Virus record (IMG/VR): IMGVR_UViG_3300042455_001086
Location: 62,001-126,000 of that record
Direction: 5' to 3' (one strand)
Length of the DNA stretch: 64,000 bases
In this document: piece by piece, positions 27,489 to 37,113 of the stretch
How positions within the stretch are numbered: position 1 is the stretch's first letter
Layout of the letters: the number at the start of each line of letters is the position of its first letter
Position numbers and translations under genes: made by a program
Notes under the pieces: model-generated
Seen by the model: only the letters and a program-made list of their open reading frames with translations
Told to the model about the DNA's origin: nothing
Databases searched by the model: none

Positions 27489-27875
27489 TTAAAAATTTGG
27501 AATTTGATTATCCCTTTCTTTATCCCTTAAATAAACTTCTAAGGTTGATGTTCCACCAGAATAAATTCTATCAAATGAACTCTTAAAAAAAGCTTCTAGT
27601 TGTGGTTTAAATTTTTTTCTAATCTCGAACATCTGGTCTGTTTGTTCGTCGTTAAAAGGTTTTTTCATAACTGTTGTAATAACTAAAACTCTTTCATCCG
27701 AATTTAAAAATTTTACATTTCTTATATCAACCATAAAATCATAAAAGTTTTCTGGAAACTCAATATCTTTGGTTAAAAAATTAATCATCTTTTTTACAGC
27801 ATACTTTAATCTTTCCGATTCAGTATTTTCAATTTCTTCTTTTAATATTCTTTTTATATTTTGCCTTATATTCAT
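27489..27875 (-). CDS. Leader-bearing hypothetical protein
   Basis: MNIRQNIKRILKEE; start moved to 27875. Confidence 0.75.
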   Translation of the reverse strand: MNIRQNIKRILKEEIENTESERLKYAVKKMINFLTKDIEFPENFYDFMVDIRNVKFLNSDERVLVITTVMKKPFNDEQTDQMFEIRKKFKPQLEAFFKSSFDRIYSGGTSTLEVYLRDKERDNQIPNF

Positions 27876-27876
27876 A

Positions 27877-28521
27877 TTAATATTCAATATCTGTTAGTTC
27901 AAACCATAAATCTTCTATTTGGTCTTCATACATATATTCCAATAAATTCATTACGGAGTCATACATATCTGATTCTTCCATAAACCCATCAATCAATAAA
28001 CCGTGTATTCCATCCATCATATAATTTAAAAATCGTGTTTTAAAATCCGAATAAGTAACTCCTGGGTGACTATGCCCTTCACTATAATATTTATAATTTT
28101 CATAAAATTCATCTTCTAAATCTTCTTTTGATACTCTCCTAAAAAGAAAATTTGCAGCATCTTTTTTATCGTATTTTGCTTCACTAATAATTGGTTCATA
28201 TCCTTCGCACTTTAGATTATCATAATATTCCTGAATTGTGTTTGAGAAAATTTCTTCAAGACCTTTGTTAATTATATTAATTTCTTCTTCTTCGGTTGAT
28301 TCATCATCATTTAAAAAGTCATAATTTGCCATTATATTAAAAATAACATCAGACATATCATCTAAAATAACACGATAAAACATATTATATCCTTCTTCCA
28401 CACCATACTTTGTTTTATAGAAACAACCATTTTGGTCCAAAAAAACATTTTGTAAAGCGTATTTTAAATCCGATACTGATATTCGTCTTAAAATATATTG
28501 TATTTCTTTTGTCATATCCAT
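27877..28521 (-). CDS. Protein with two tandem RR-family domains
   Basis: YILRRI and FLFRRV modules joined at IISE. Confidence 0.7.
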   Translation of the reverse strand: MDMTKEIQYILRRISVSDLKYALQNVFLDQNGCFYKTKYGVEEGYNMFYRVILDDMSDVIFNIMANYDFLNDDESTEEEEINIINKGLEEIFSNTIQEYYDNLKCEGYEPIISEAKYDKKDAANFLFRRVSKEDLEDEFYENYKYYSEGHSHPGVTYSDFKTRFLNYMMDGIHGLLIDGFMEESDMYDSVMNLLEYMYEDQIEDLWFELTDIEY

Positions 28522-28525
28522 AGAA

Positions 28526-29473
28526 TTAACTTGGTAATTTTTTACCTTTTAAATATGTTTTTTCGTTCTCAACTTTTATTTTAATTTTTGGTTCATATCC
28601 TTTTGGAAGTTTGTTTTCAATCCCTTTGAATTCCCCCATTTCATTATCCATCCTTACAGTAACTTCTTTCTTTTCTAAATTCATCATAATTTGTCCGACA
28701 GTTGTCATATTATACATATTTTTAGTTCTATATGGATTTAAAAATGGATCTTCGTCATATTTTTCTTTTAATCTATCAATAATCTCAATATCTGTTTTCA
28801 CATCTTCTAAATGTTTCTTGGCTAATTCCATTCGTGAGACAGATGATTTTCTTTTTTCACCCTTTGTATAACCAGCACCTTTTTGATAAATTCCGTGATT
28901 AGTCCTTACAACAAGTTTTGAGTCTTCTTTTAATTTTTTTATAACTGGTGCGTGTTTTCTTGTCATTTCAACAACATAGATATTTTTATTATCAGAAACT
29001 ATGGTTTCACCTTTTAATCCAACATCGTTTTTATCTTCACCGGTATAACTAATAATTGATTTTATGACTTTTGGTAGAGTTTTATAACTAAGAGCTTTTC
29101 TTATTTTTCCACCATCAGCAGCAAACTTTTTCTTTGATGTTTTATCTTTTATTTTATCAACTTGTCTTCTTTCTTTTTTAACACCCTTTCCTTCTTTTTC
29201 GTCTTCAACAACCAATAAACTTGAATTTACAATACCAATACCAAATTCATTCATTCCTTCACTCCAGTCTGTATCAATATCTCTCCAATATACAACCTCA
29301 ACATCATCAATTAATTCGTGTATAATTTCAACATTAGCTTTATATCCTCTGTCTCTATTCTTTGCTAAAACAATACCATCGTCAATTCTTACTCCGGCAA
29401 TCGTACATTCAACTAATGTTTTTAGTTCTATATGTTCTCTTAATATATTTTTGATTGAATCTTTTAAGTTCAT
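28526..29473 (-). CDS. Leader + Cys-nucleophile Ntn-hydrolase
   Basis: CTIAG...LAKNRDR...WSEGMNEFGIGIVNSSL, typical of C45/C59/C69-type Ntn hydrolases. Confidence 0.75.
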   Translation of the reverse strand: MNLKDSIKNILREHIELKTLVECTIAGVRIDDGIVLAKNRDRGYKANVEIIHELIDDVEVVYWRDIDTDWSEGMNEFGIGIVNSSLLVVEDEKEGKGVKKERRQVDKIKDKTSKKKFAADGGKIRKALSYKTLPKVIKSIISYTGEDKNDVGLKGETIVSDNKNIYVVEMTRKHAPVIKKLKEDSKLVVRTNHGIYQKGAGYTKGEKRKSSVSRMELAKKHLEDVKTDIEIIDRLKEKYDEDPFLNPYRTKNMYNMTTVGQIMMNLEKKEVTVRMDNEMGEFKGIENKLPKGYEPKIKIKVENEKTYLKGKKLPS

Positions 29474-29496
29474 AAAAATAAATATCTAATTAAATC

Positions 29497-30645
29497 TTAT
29501 TTACCAAAAAGTTCAGCTTCTCGTTTTCTTCTAACTTCAAGACCTGGAAATTTTCCAAACATATGTGAGCTTTCTTTTTTTAATTGTTCTTGAGCCTTTT
29601 CCATTTGACCTCTTTTTACATATTGAATAAATTCACTCATTCTAAAATTTTTAATCCCCATATTGTATATCATTGAAATCATTGCGTTATACATATTTTG
29701 TGTTATATTTGGTGTTATTCCTTTTTTTTCCCAATCATTTAATATTTTATTTAACTGGTCTTTTGATTCTTCAACATCATCTCTTAAAAGAATTTCAGCT
29801 TGGTTTTTTGTGATTGTTGTTTTACCTGGAATAATTCTATGATATTTAGGTAAGAAATTATAATTTCCACCAACATCACCTCTATTTGGATTACTAAACA
29901 CAGCGTGTCCATAACCAATTGTTTTTGCACCATCACCGATGTCATAAGCGGTTAATATTGGTTCGCCTTTATTAACGACTGAACCTTCTTCATATTTTAG
30001 ATGATCAATTAATTTATCGTCATAATTACGAATTCGTTTTTTTGTTTCTTTTAAACCACCACCAATATTGATTGGTAGTTCTGTTTTTTCTGGTTCAACT
30101 TGTTTTGGTTCTGGTAATGATTGATAACCAATAACACCTATTAAAGAATATAAAGCATATTTTAAAATCTTTTTTCTTACATTATCGTCAAGATTTTTTA
30201 TCTTTTCTTTAAGTAATTCCAAATATTTTTTAGCTTCTTCTTTTGTTTTTACCCACAAAGTTGAAAGATCTATATTTTTTTTGACATCAGTAAAATCCCA
30301 CTCAAAATCTGGTTCCCTATCTTCATTTATAAGATTTATCGACTGAATAGCCAAATTGATGTATTCTGAACTTAATTTTAAATTTTCATTTAAGTCTCTT
30401 GTGTATTTTCTAAATCTATATGGTGAGTTTTTGACTGCTGACTTTGGAAATCTGGTTCCAATACCTTGTCTTCTGGCCATTTTAAGTGTTCTTGTATATT
30501 CTTCAAGTTCTTTTTTCTTTTTCCCATCACAATGTGCTCGTTGTGAAAAACCTTTTGGGTTATCACAGTCGATTGAATCCTTATATTCTTTGGACCATTT
30601 CTCTTCTAATTCTTCTTTTAATATTTTTCTAATTAATTGTTTCAC
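29497..30645 (-). CDS. Leader + modules + GH24 phage lysozyme
   Basis: LKYEEG..AYD.GDG..TIGYGH..YNAMISMIYNMG..GLEVRRKREAELF; GTG start. Confidence 0.85.
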   Translation of the reverse strand: MKQLIRKILKEELEEKWSKEYKDSIDCDNPKGFSQRAHCDGKKKKELEEYTRTLKMARRQGIGTRFPKSAVKNSPYRFRKYTRDLNENLKLSSEYINLAIQSINLINEDREPDFEWDFTDVKKNIDLSTLWVKTKEEAKKYLELLKEKIKNLDDNVRKKILKYALYSLIGVIGYQSLPEPKQVEPEKTELPINIGGGLKETKKRIRNYDDKLIDHLKYEEGSVVNKGEPILTAYDIGDGAKTIGYGHAVFSNPNRGDVGGNYNFLPKYHRIIPGKTTITKNQAEILLRDDVEESKDQLNKILNDWEKKGITPNITQNMYNAMISMIYNMGIKNFRMSEFIQYVKRGQMEKAQEQLKKESSHMFGKFPGLEVRRKREAELFGK

Positions 30646-30648
30646 TTA

Positions 30649-32073
30649 TTAACCCTTATCAATCTTATCTTGAAGAACTTTCACAAACTCGTTTTGAATC
30701 ATTTTCACAAACTTAATATATGGTGCATCCTCTTTTTCTGGATCATATTTATATTTTCCTCGTGGTGGTCTTGTTGATCTACCAAGGTAATTTAGCGAAC
30801 TTACATTAGAAATGCAAGAATGTCCCCCACTATTAGCTTGTATTAAATCCCACGCATTAATTGTAATTTCATCTAGCATTTTTTTCTCATCTTCATCCAA
30901 ATCACTAAATGGTTTTTCCATAATCTGATATATGCTTCTTATATATTCTTTGTTCCTTTGTGGTGATTTAAAATCATTACCATATGTTGCAACAAAATCT
31001 TTAAAAGTGAAACCAACAGATTCTGAACCAAATTCTTTACCACTTTCTGAAACCCACTTAATTGTTGATAATGGAATTTCTCTTGATTTTAATTGTCCTT
31101 CCCATTTTGATAATACCTCTTGTGCTATTTCACCAAGATTAATACCCTTTAATTCTCTTTCTTTTTTAAATGGATTACAAGAAACCTGAACCAAACCTAA
31201 TGGCCAAGCAATAACAATAAAGTCAGCTTCTGGATTGTTTTTAAATGGTGTATATCTGTCATATGAACCTGGTGCAAATGTGCTACCACCACCATATTGG
31301 ACGATTATTCTATCTTGAATTTTCACATTTGGATGTGATTTCATTTGTTGGATATAATCTTCTCTATTTTTTTGTAGTTGTGGTATTTTAGCATAGTTCT
31401 TCTCAACCATTATCCTTTTAATATTATTTAAAATACTCAACAATGATGGTTGTGATTTCATTACTAATTCTTCCAAGAAACCTGGTTTGTTTTTGAACGC
31501 CAATAATAACTTATTGGTTACCAGTCCCATCATAAACTTATTTCTTCTTGCTGATTGACTTTTATCCAATTTGAATAAATAATTAATAACCTCATCAACT
31601 GAAATATCTTTTGCAATATAATTTGCTGAATCGACCGTAGATATAAGTTCAATATCTTCCGGTGTGAATATTTCTTTTGGTGACACAATTTGTGATATTG
31701 TTTCAACATTTGATCTTGAATGTCTGAATGATGTTGCCGTGTCTTTTTCAACACCGGCTTGTCTGTCGTGATGATCGGTGTGAATTACGAACATCGGCTT
31801 GCCATTAGCGAAGTCAACTAAAACTGGCATAACATCACCATTAGCGTCTAATTTCTTAACCGCAAATTCTTTATCCCCATACTGGATTACTTCTGCATCA
31901 ACTACTTCAATTCCTTTTTGCTCAAGATAATGTTTCATTGCAAGAGCTGTCGTAACTCCGTCAAGTCAAAGGTCCTGGTGAAAGTAGATTTTCGCTTTCT
32001 TGTAGCGCTTTGCGATGTTATTAATATCGCGTAATCCACTTTCAACCAGGACATATCTATTTTTTCTGGTCAT
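30649..32073 (-). CDS. DHH-family phosphoesterase with in-frame TGA at 31966-31968
   Basis: IYFHQDL*LDGVTTA (motif I), HTDHH, GGH; upstream frame open to ATG 32073. Confidence 0.8.
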
Positions 32074-32163
32074 AATTTATTTTTTTTCATATAAATACTT
32101 TATAAATCCAATTAATTAATCTAGTCCTATTGAATATTTCTATTATTTTTACTACACTTCATT

Positions 32164-32475
32164 ATGCTTTCACCAGAAACTTTTAAAAAAATAGGAATTT
32201 TTATCAAAAGGCACAGTAATAATAATATTCTTACGATTGATAATATCACTTATCAAGCTAAGACTGATGCGAATTACGATAATTTTTTTGATAATCTAAA
32301 TCTTGTTACCATTAAACATATATTGATTTTGGATTGTAGATGTAGAGACAATTCATATTTTAAAGGTTATGAAGAATTGGGTAAAATGATTCACCATATG
32401 TTTAAGTATGAATTAATTGGGATTGATGATGTTATTGTTAGATATAACTGTTCAACATATTTTTGTAAGGATTGA
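32164..32475 (+). CDS. Hypothetical protein
   Basis: 103-aa ORF. Confidence 0.55.
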   Translation: MLSPETFKKIGIFIKRHSNNNILTIDNITYQAKTDANYDNFFDNLNLVTIKHILILDCRCRDNSYFKGYEELGKMIHHMFKYELIGIDDVIVRYNCSTYFCKD

Positions 32476-32480
32476 AGATA

Positions 32481-33479
32481 TTAAGCGACACTACTAACTA
32501 AATCAAACTTATCCGAATCACTTACAGCTTTTGATCTATGAAACCCAACAGCACCACCGGCATTTATATCAGCAAAATAAGTTGCGGAATCTTTTTTGTC
32601 TTTAAACTTAGGAAATGAATCACCTGACTTTCCTTTTGTTAAAAACACCACAGCAATTTCAGATGCCACATTTGGGTCATTAACTAAATCTGGATTACCA
32701 ACTAAATCTTTACCAATTAAATTACCATATTTTTCATAATTTCCTCTACCGGTCAATTGGTTGAGACCTCTTCCTCTATATTTCCAACCATCATCACCAC
32801 CTTGATTTCCAGCGGTTTTAGCATATACAACATTAAAGAATTTTTCAGGATCTTTTTTTAAGTTGGTTAATTCACTATCCGAATATTTTGCAACTCTGGA
32901 ACCAAAAATACTTTTAATTCTTGAATTTGATGTTCCGGCATATGATAGTTCTGATTTTGGTTTAAAACCCGATTCTTTTGAGATTACAGATAATATGCCA
33001 ATTTTTGCTAAAGGGTCTTTTATTCCAAATTTATTCATATGGTTAATAATTAAACCGATATTTCTTTTTTGTTCTCCGTCAAAACCACCAACTAATTTAA
33101 TATCACTATTTTTGGGTATTTGACTATCTTCTTGATCCGAACTAATACTATTTTCAAATAAAAACTTTTCTGTCAATTTCTTAATTGTTTCTAAGTCAAA
33201 ATAACCAGATTCTTCTAAATTATTTTCGGATTGGAAGTCTTTAATGGTTGATTGTGTGTTTTCGTCTAAAATCCCGTTTAACTCTATTTGTTTTTGTGTC
33301 ACAATTCTTAAAACAATTTGCATTATTCTAATCTCTTTGTTTGCACTATTTTTTGTAATCTCTTTGTTTTTACTAACCAAATCTTGATAGACCTTTATGA
33401 ATTTTTCAAATAGTTTTTTTCTATCATCATTTTCGTTGATGAGTTTTTTAAACTGGCTTTCAGTAATTACAATTTTCAT
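32481..33479 (-). CDS. Leader + peptidoglycan-binding domain + GH19 muramidase
   Basis: IKDFQSENNLEESG; KES; DGWKYRGRGLNQLTGRGNY; DLVGNPDLV. Confidence 0.85.
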   Translation of the reverse strand: MKIVITESQFKKLINENDDRKKLFEKFIKVYQDLVSKNKEITKNSANKEIRIMQIVLRIVTQKQIELNGILDENTQSTIKDFQSENNLEESGYFDLETIKKLTEKFLFENSISSDQEDSQIPKNSDIKLVGGFDGEQKRNIGLIINHMNKFGIKDPLAKIGILSVISKESGFKPKSELSYAGTSNSRIKSIFGSRVAKYSDSELTNLKKDPEKFFNVVYAKTAGNQGGDDGWKYRGRGLNQLTGRGNYEKYGNLIGKDLVGNPDLVNDPNVASEIAVVFLTKGKSGDSFPKFKDKKDSATYFADINAGGAVGFHRSKAVSDSDKFDLVSSVA

Positions 33480-33502
33480 ATTTATATAAATATACTGCTA
33501 AT

Positions 33503-33697
33503 TCAATCTTTATAATTTTTCCAGAATTTAAACAACTCTTCATCATTATATTCCTCGTTTTTATTATCCCAACCACACATATGACAAAGAAATGGATGAT
33601 TATCTTCCTTATCTTTTTTCCAAGAATGCCCACATTTACAATTTATTTCCTTTGCAAATAATTTATCGGCCTGTTTTTCGGTGATGATTATTTTCAT
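33503..33697 (-). CDS. Leader + zinc ribbon
   Basis: CKCGHSW...CHMCG. Confidence 0.7.
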   Translation of the reverse strand: MKIIITEKQADKLFAKEINCKCGHSWKKDKEDNHPFLCHMCGWDNKNEEYNDEELFKFWKNYKD

Positions 33698-34194
33698 TTC
33701 TTTAATCTATCAATTACTTCTTCTTGAAAGAATGTTTGGATTTCAGCATCACTATTTTCCTTTTCTAAAATATCTTTTAATCTAATATCTTCGTCATTTA
33801 ATACACTATAAAAATCATAGTCTATCAAATAACCTCTTTTGTCTGTTACAATTACACCCAAAAATTCATCACCATTAAATGTGATTTCACCATAGTATTC
33901 TATTTCATCACCCTTATCCATTTCTTCGGAAAATTCAAATCTAAATGGTCTTCCTTTTAAATTATATTTAAATCTCATTCCCTCTCTTTCATCAATATCA
34001 TAAATGTCGTCGTCGTTAAAAATAAAGTCTTCCGGATCACCACCTCTTTCTGTGTGTTTTTTGAATGACTTCAACATATCTTTTTCGAATGGTTTTAATT
34101 CCTCACCCTTCTTCATTTTTGAATACAAATCCAATACTTCGTCAAAATTTTCTGACAACATTTTATATTGACTTTCTGTTATTATTATTTTCAT
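33694..34194 (-). CDS. Leader-bearing acidic protein
   Basis: MKIIITESQY. Confidence 0.75.
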   Translation of the reverse strand: MKIIITESQYKMLSENFDEVLDLYSKMKKGEELKPFEKDMLKSFKKHTERGGDPEDFIFNDDDIYDIDEREGMRFKYNLKGRPFRFEFSEEMDKGDEIEYYGEITFNGDEFLGVIVTDKRGYLIDYDFYSVLNDEDIRLKDILEKENSDAEIQTFFQEEVIDRLKK

Positions 34195-35048
34195 AAATTA
34201 TTAAAATTACCTTTTTTTATTTTATTATCATTTAGGATAAAACATTTGTTATTAGTGTCTATTTTATAGTTTTTGTTTGGGAATGAAACATAATTACCAG
34301 TTTTAATATCAACTAACATAATATTACCAACAGATAATCCAAGATAATTTTTTGGCATCGGTGTGTTTAATATTAATTTTCCATCTTCTTCTGACATTCC
34401 GGTTAGTTCTTTAACTTGAAAACTTTTTCCATTAATCATAAGGTCAATTCCGTGATCTCTATCTTGTCTGGAACCTGGAGGAAAATACTTTATCTCGTAT
34501 TTGGAGTTTTTTAATTTATCAATAACATATTTTTCAGTAACACTACCCTTATTATAGGTATTCATATTGGTCCTAATTAATTCTTTTAAAACCGGACCAT
34601 CCTTTAGTAATCTTTCTTTATTATCGATTAACCAACTATAAAACTCTTTTGGTGTTTCTCCTTTATTTTCTTTTTTAAAAGTAGTTAATAATCTTTCTTT
34701 AACAAATTTGTGCCCACCAAAATAATTTAGAATTGACCAACTTGTTAGATCATTAAGTGGATATATATCAACAATTCCATATTTACTTTTATCTTCATTC
34801 CAATCTAAATTATCTTTATATATCTCATATAAAACTGTATTTAATAATTTAGCAAATCTTCTATCTCCTTGGATAAACTCAACATTTAAATTTTTTGAAT
34901 CATTATCTTCCGAATGTATAATATCGATATAACCTTTTAAATTTTCTTCATTTGTATTTTCACTAAAATCAATATCGATTTGACTTTCGGTCAAACCCAT
35001 AAGTTTCAAACTTCTTTTTATTTCGTTAATTATGATTTTATCCATCAT
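34191..35048 (-). CDS. Putative PD-(D/E)xK nuclease-fold protein
   Basis: TEKYV...DHGIDL.INGKSFQVK. Confidence 0.5.
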   Translation of the reverse strand: MMDKIIINEIKRSLKLMGLTESQIDIDFSENTNEENLKGYIDIIHSEDNDSKNLNVEFIQGDRRFAKLLNTVLYEIYKDNLDWNEDKSKYGIVDIYPLNDLTSWSILNYFGGHKFVKERLLTTFKKENKGETPKEFYSWLIDNKERLLKDGPVLKELIRTNMNTYNKGSVTEKYVIDKLKNSKYEIKYFPPGSRQDRDHGIDLMINGKSFQVKELTGMSEEDGKLILNTPMPKNYLGLSVGNIMLVDIKTGNYVSFPNKNYKIDTNNKCFILNDNKIKKGNFNNL

Positions 35049-35722
35049 TCAAAATCTTCTTCTTTTAAAATTAGTGGCTCACCAATTTCTGTTACTTGTT
35101 CGACCCAGTTATGATATAAATATCCATTATTATCGGAGTCTAACTTCATTGTACCGAACCCACCAACACCTTCGTTCCAATCATCTGTTTCCAAAACTTC
35201 TGAAATCATAAAATAAATTTCCTGTTGGAAAGTTTTTATATTGTGTTCTTTATTATTGTAGGTAATTTTATAACTATCAAACTCATTTTGCATTCCATTA
35301 TAATCAATTATTAATTCATCAATTGACAAATCTTTCATAAATTCAAATAATGGTTGTGAATATCTAAGCTCTTCCCAACCAAACCTATGATTATCTTTTG
35401 TGTGTTTATACACATAATACTTTGGTGTTAAAAGAATTTCTCTTGTTTTCGGATTTATCGTAACATCAACCCAAAAAGAACCATCTTTTTTGTCGGTATT
35501 GTTATAAAGTTTTTGACCAAAATATGAGATTATTTTATGAATAAATTCATCAAATATATCAATGAGACTAAACCTAAATGTATGACGCGAAGTCCAAAAT
35601 GTTGGGTAATAGTCAATCTCATCACCAAACATATCAACATTCTTTCCAATAGAACCAATAGGATTTAAATAAGCCATTAACGCCTTGAATGTTCTTTTAT
35701 TTATAATTGTAGTATTACTCAC
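35045..35722 (-). CDS. DUF6878-like paralog 5 (degenerate)
   Basis: Same architecture as neighbours; WNEGVGGFG. Confidence 0.45.
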   Translation of the reverse strand: MSNTTIINKRTFKALMAYLNPIGSIGKNVDMFGDEIDYYPTFWTSRHTFRFSLIDIFDEFIHKIISYFGQKLYNNTDKKDGSFWVDVTINPKTREILLTPKYYVYKHTKDNHRFGWEELRYSQPLFEFMKDLSIDELIIDYNGMQNEFDSYKITYNNKEHNIKTFQQEIYFMISEVLETDDWNEGVGGFGTMKLDSDNNGYLYHNWVEQVTEIGEPLILKEEDFE

Positions 35723-36410
35723 TAAATGAATCTTGTGTTACTTTTATTTCTATTGGTCCCAAATCGCTTTCCTCTACATTCCAATAATGATCGTGATTAA
35801 TCCGATCTTTAGTAATAGTAAAACTACCTTGAGATCCTTCATTTATTTCCCAACCACCATATTCACTTAATAAATTATAACAAATATTTTCAATCTCATT
35901 TGGAACATCGCCGCTTTGACCATTTTTAGTTGTATACTCACTATTAATGAACCCGCTATCTCCACCGCCCTCATAACTAACAATCATATCATCTATATTA
36001 AGTTCGGTCAATATTTTATCTATTTCTAAAAATTTTTCATACATAGAATCACCTTCTTCATAGTCATCTTTATCGTGGTAGTTTCCACTTTCTTGAGTAT
36101 CATAATAGCGATATTCAAGGTCTTCAAAAATTATTGTTTCATTTACGACATCTATCAGACCGTAAATTCTATAATAACTAGACATACCGTCAACATCAAC
36201 ACTACTTAACCCTTCATCAACACACTTTTCAGCATAAATATTTATTATATCTTGAATTATGTCTTCAATAACTTCAGCGACACTCAATAATTCAGTGTGA
36301 ATAATAACACTACCAACATAACCATCTTCACCGACTTCAACTTCAAAAGCCACATCTTTTAATTTGGCACTTTTAAAATAAGTCATTATTAATTTAAATT
36401 TCTTTTTCAT
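35715..36410 (-). CDS. DUF6878-like paralog 4
   Basis: YEGGGDSG...GGWEINEGSQG; start moved to MKKKF. Confidence 0.6.
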   Translation of the reverse strand: MKKKFKLIMTYFKSAKLKDVAFEVEVGEDGYVGSVIIHTELLSVAEVIEDIIQDIINIYAEKCVDEGLSSVDVDGMSSYYRIYGLIDVVNETIIFEDLEYRYYDTQESGNYHDKDDYEEGDSMYEKFLEIDKILTELNIDDMIVSYEGGGDSGFINSEYTTKNGQSGDVPNEIENICYNLLSEYGGWEINEGSQGSFTITKDRINHDHYWNVEESDLGPIEIKVTQDSFSE

Positions 36411-36411
36411 C

Positions 36412-37110
36412 CTATTTAAAATCTTCAATATTATCCAAAGTAATTTCCAAATTCATTCCAGAATCTTCATATTCTTCTTTTTTTATATTACCCATCACTA
36501 TTATATCATCACCCCAAATTCTACAACTTAATTCGGCACCAGGACCATCATTCCAATATCTATCTCCTGTTATTGTCACCATCAAACCATATCCTATATC
36601 CCATAATCTTTGATCAAGTTCTTCTGTTATTTTTTTTCTACGATTATCAACTTCAAAATCAAACGAGTCACCCTCACCAAATCTTCCATTGATTCCAAAA
36701 TCAAAATATGCGGTATCTGGATACTCACTGTATAAATAATCAATTCCATATTGAACTTCTCTTTTCATACCGACATACTGAAATTCTCTTGAGAATGATT
36801 CACTTTTTTCTACTTTATGAGTTCCTTGAAAAACTAATCTATTTTCCTGTGGAAAAATATCAATATATAAAAACCAATAATCGTCATTATCTAACACAAT
36901 ATATTTTCTAAATTCATAATAAAAATGATCAATTAGTTCTTCCAATATTGTTTCAATAAATGACGGAATTTCAATATTTATATTTCCATCTATTAAAAAT
37001 TTACGGTCCCAATGTTCAATATAGTTTCGATCAAGTTCAACACGAGTTTGGACTATTTTACTTCTCAAGCCTCTTAAAAACCCAAATAATATTTTTAGTT
37101 TGTCTTTCAT
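36412..37110 (-). CDS. DUF6878-like paralog 3 (degenerate)
   Basis: MKDKLKILFGF; WNDGPGA. Confidence 0.45.
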   Translation of the reverse strand: MKDKLKILFGFLRGLRSKIVQTRVELDRNYIEHWDRKFLIDGNINIEIPSFIETILEELIDHFYYEFRKYIVLDNDDYWFLYIDIFPQENRLVFQGTHKVEKSESFSREFQYVGMKREVQYGIDYLYSEYPDTAYFDFGINGRFGEGDSFDFEVDNRRKKITEELDQRLWDIGYGLMVTITGDRYWNDGPGAELSCRIWGDDIIVMGNIKKEEYEDSGMNLEITLDNIEDFK

Positions 37111-37113
37111 TAT

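Noticed and set aside
21875-27875. Classical integron with attC sites
   Set aside because: No tyrosine recombinase in the window and no RYYYAAC/GTTRRRY imperfect palindromes recognised between the genes.
31966-31968. Genome-wide TGA (or TAG) stop-codon reassignment
   Set aside because: Coding density is high under code 11, TGA ends many genes in ATGA overlaps, and the DHH case also adds an extra Leu, so it is an insertion rather than a simple recoded codon.
32072-32090. Six-codon upstream ORF MKKNKL* overlapping the DHH start (ATGA)
   Set aside because: Could be translational coupling from a leaderless start, but it is too short to separate from chance in A-rich DNA.
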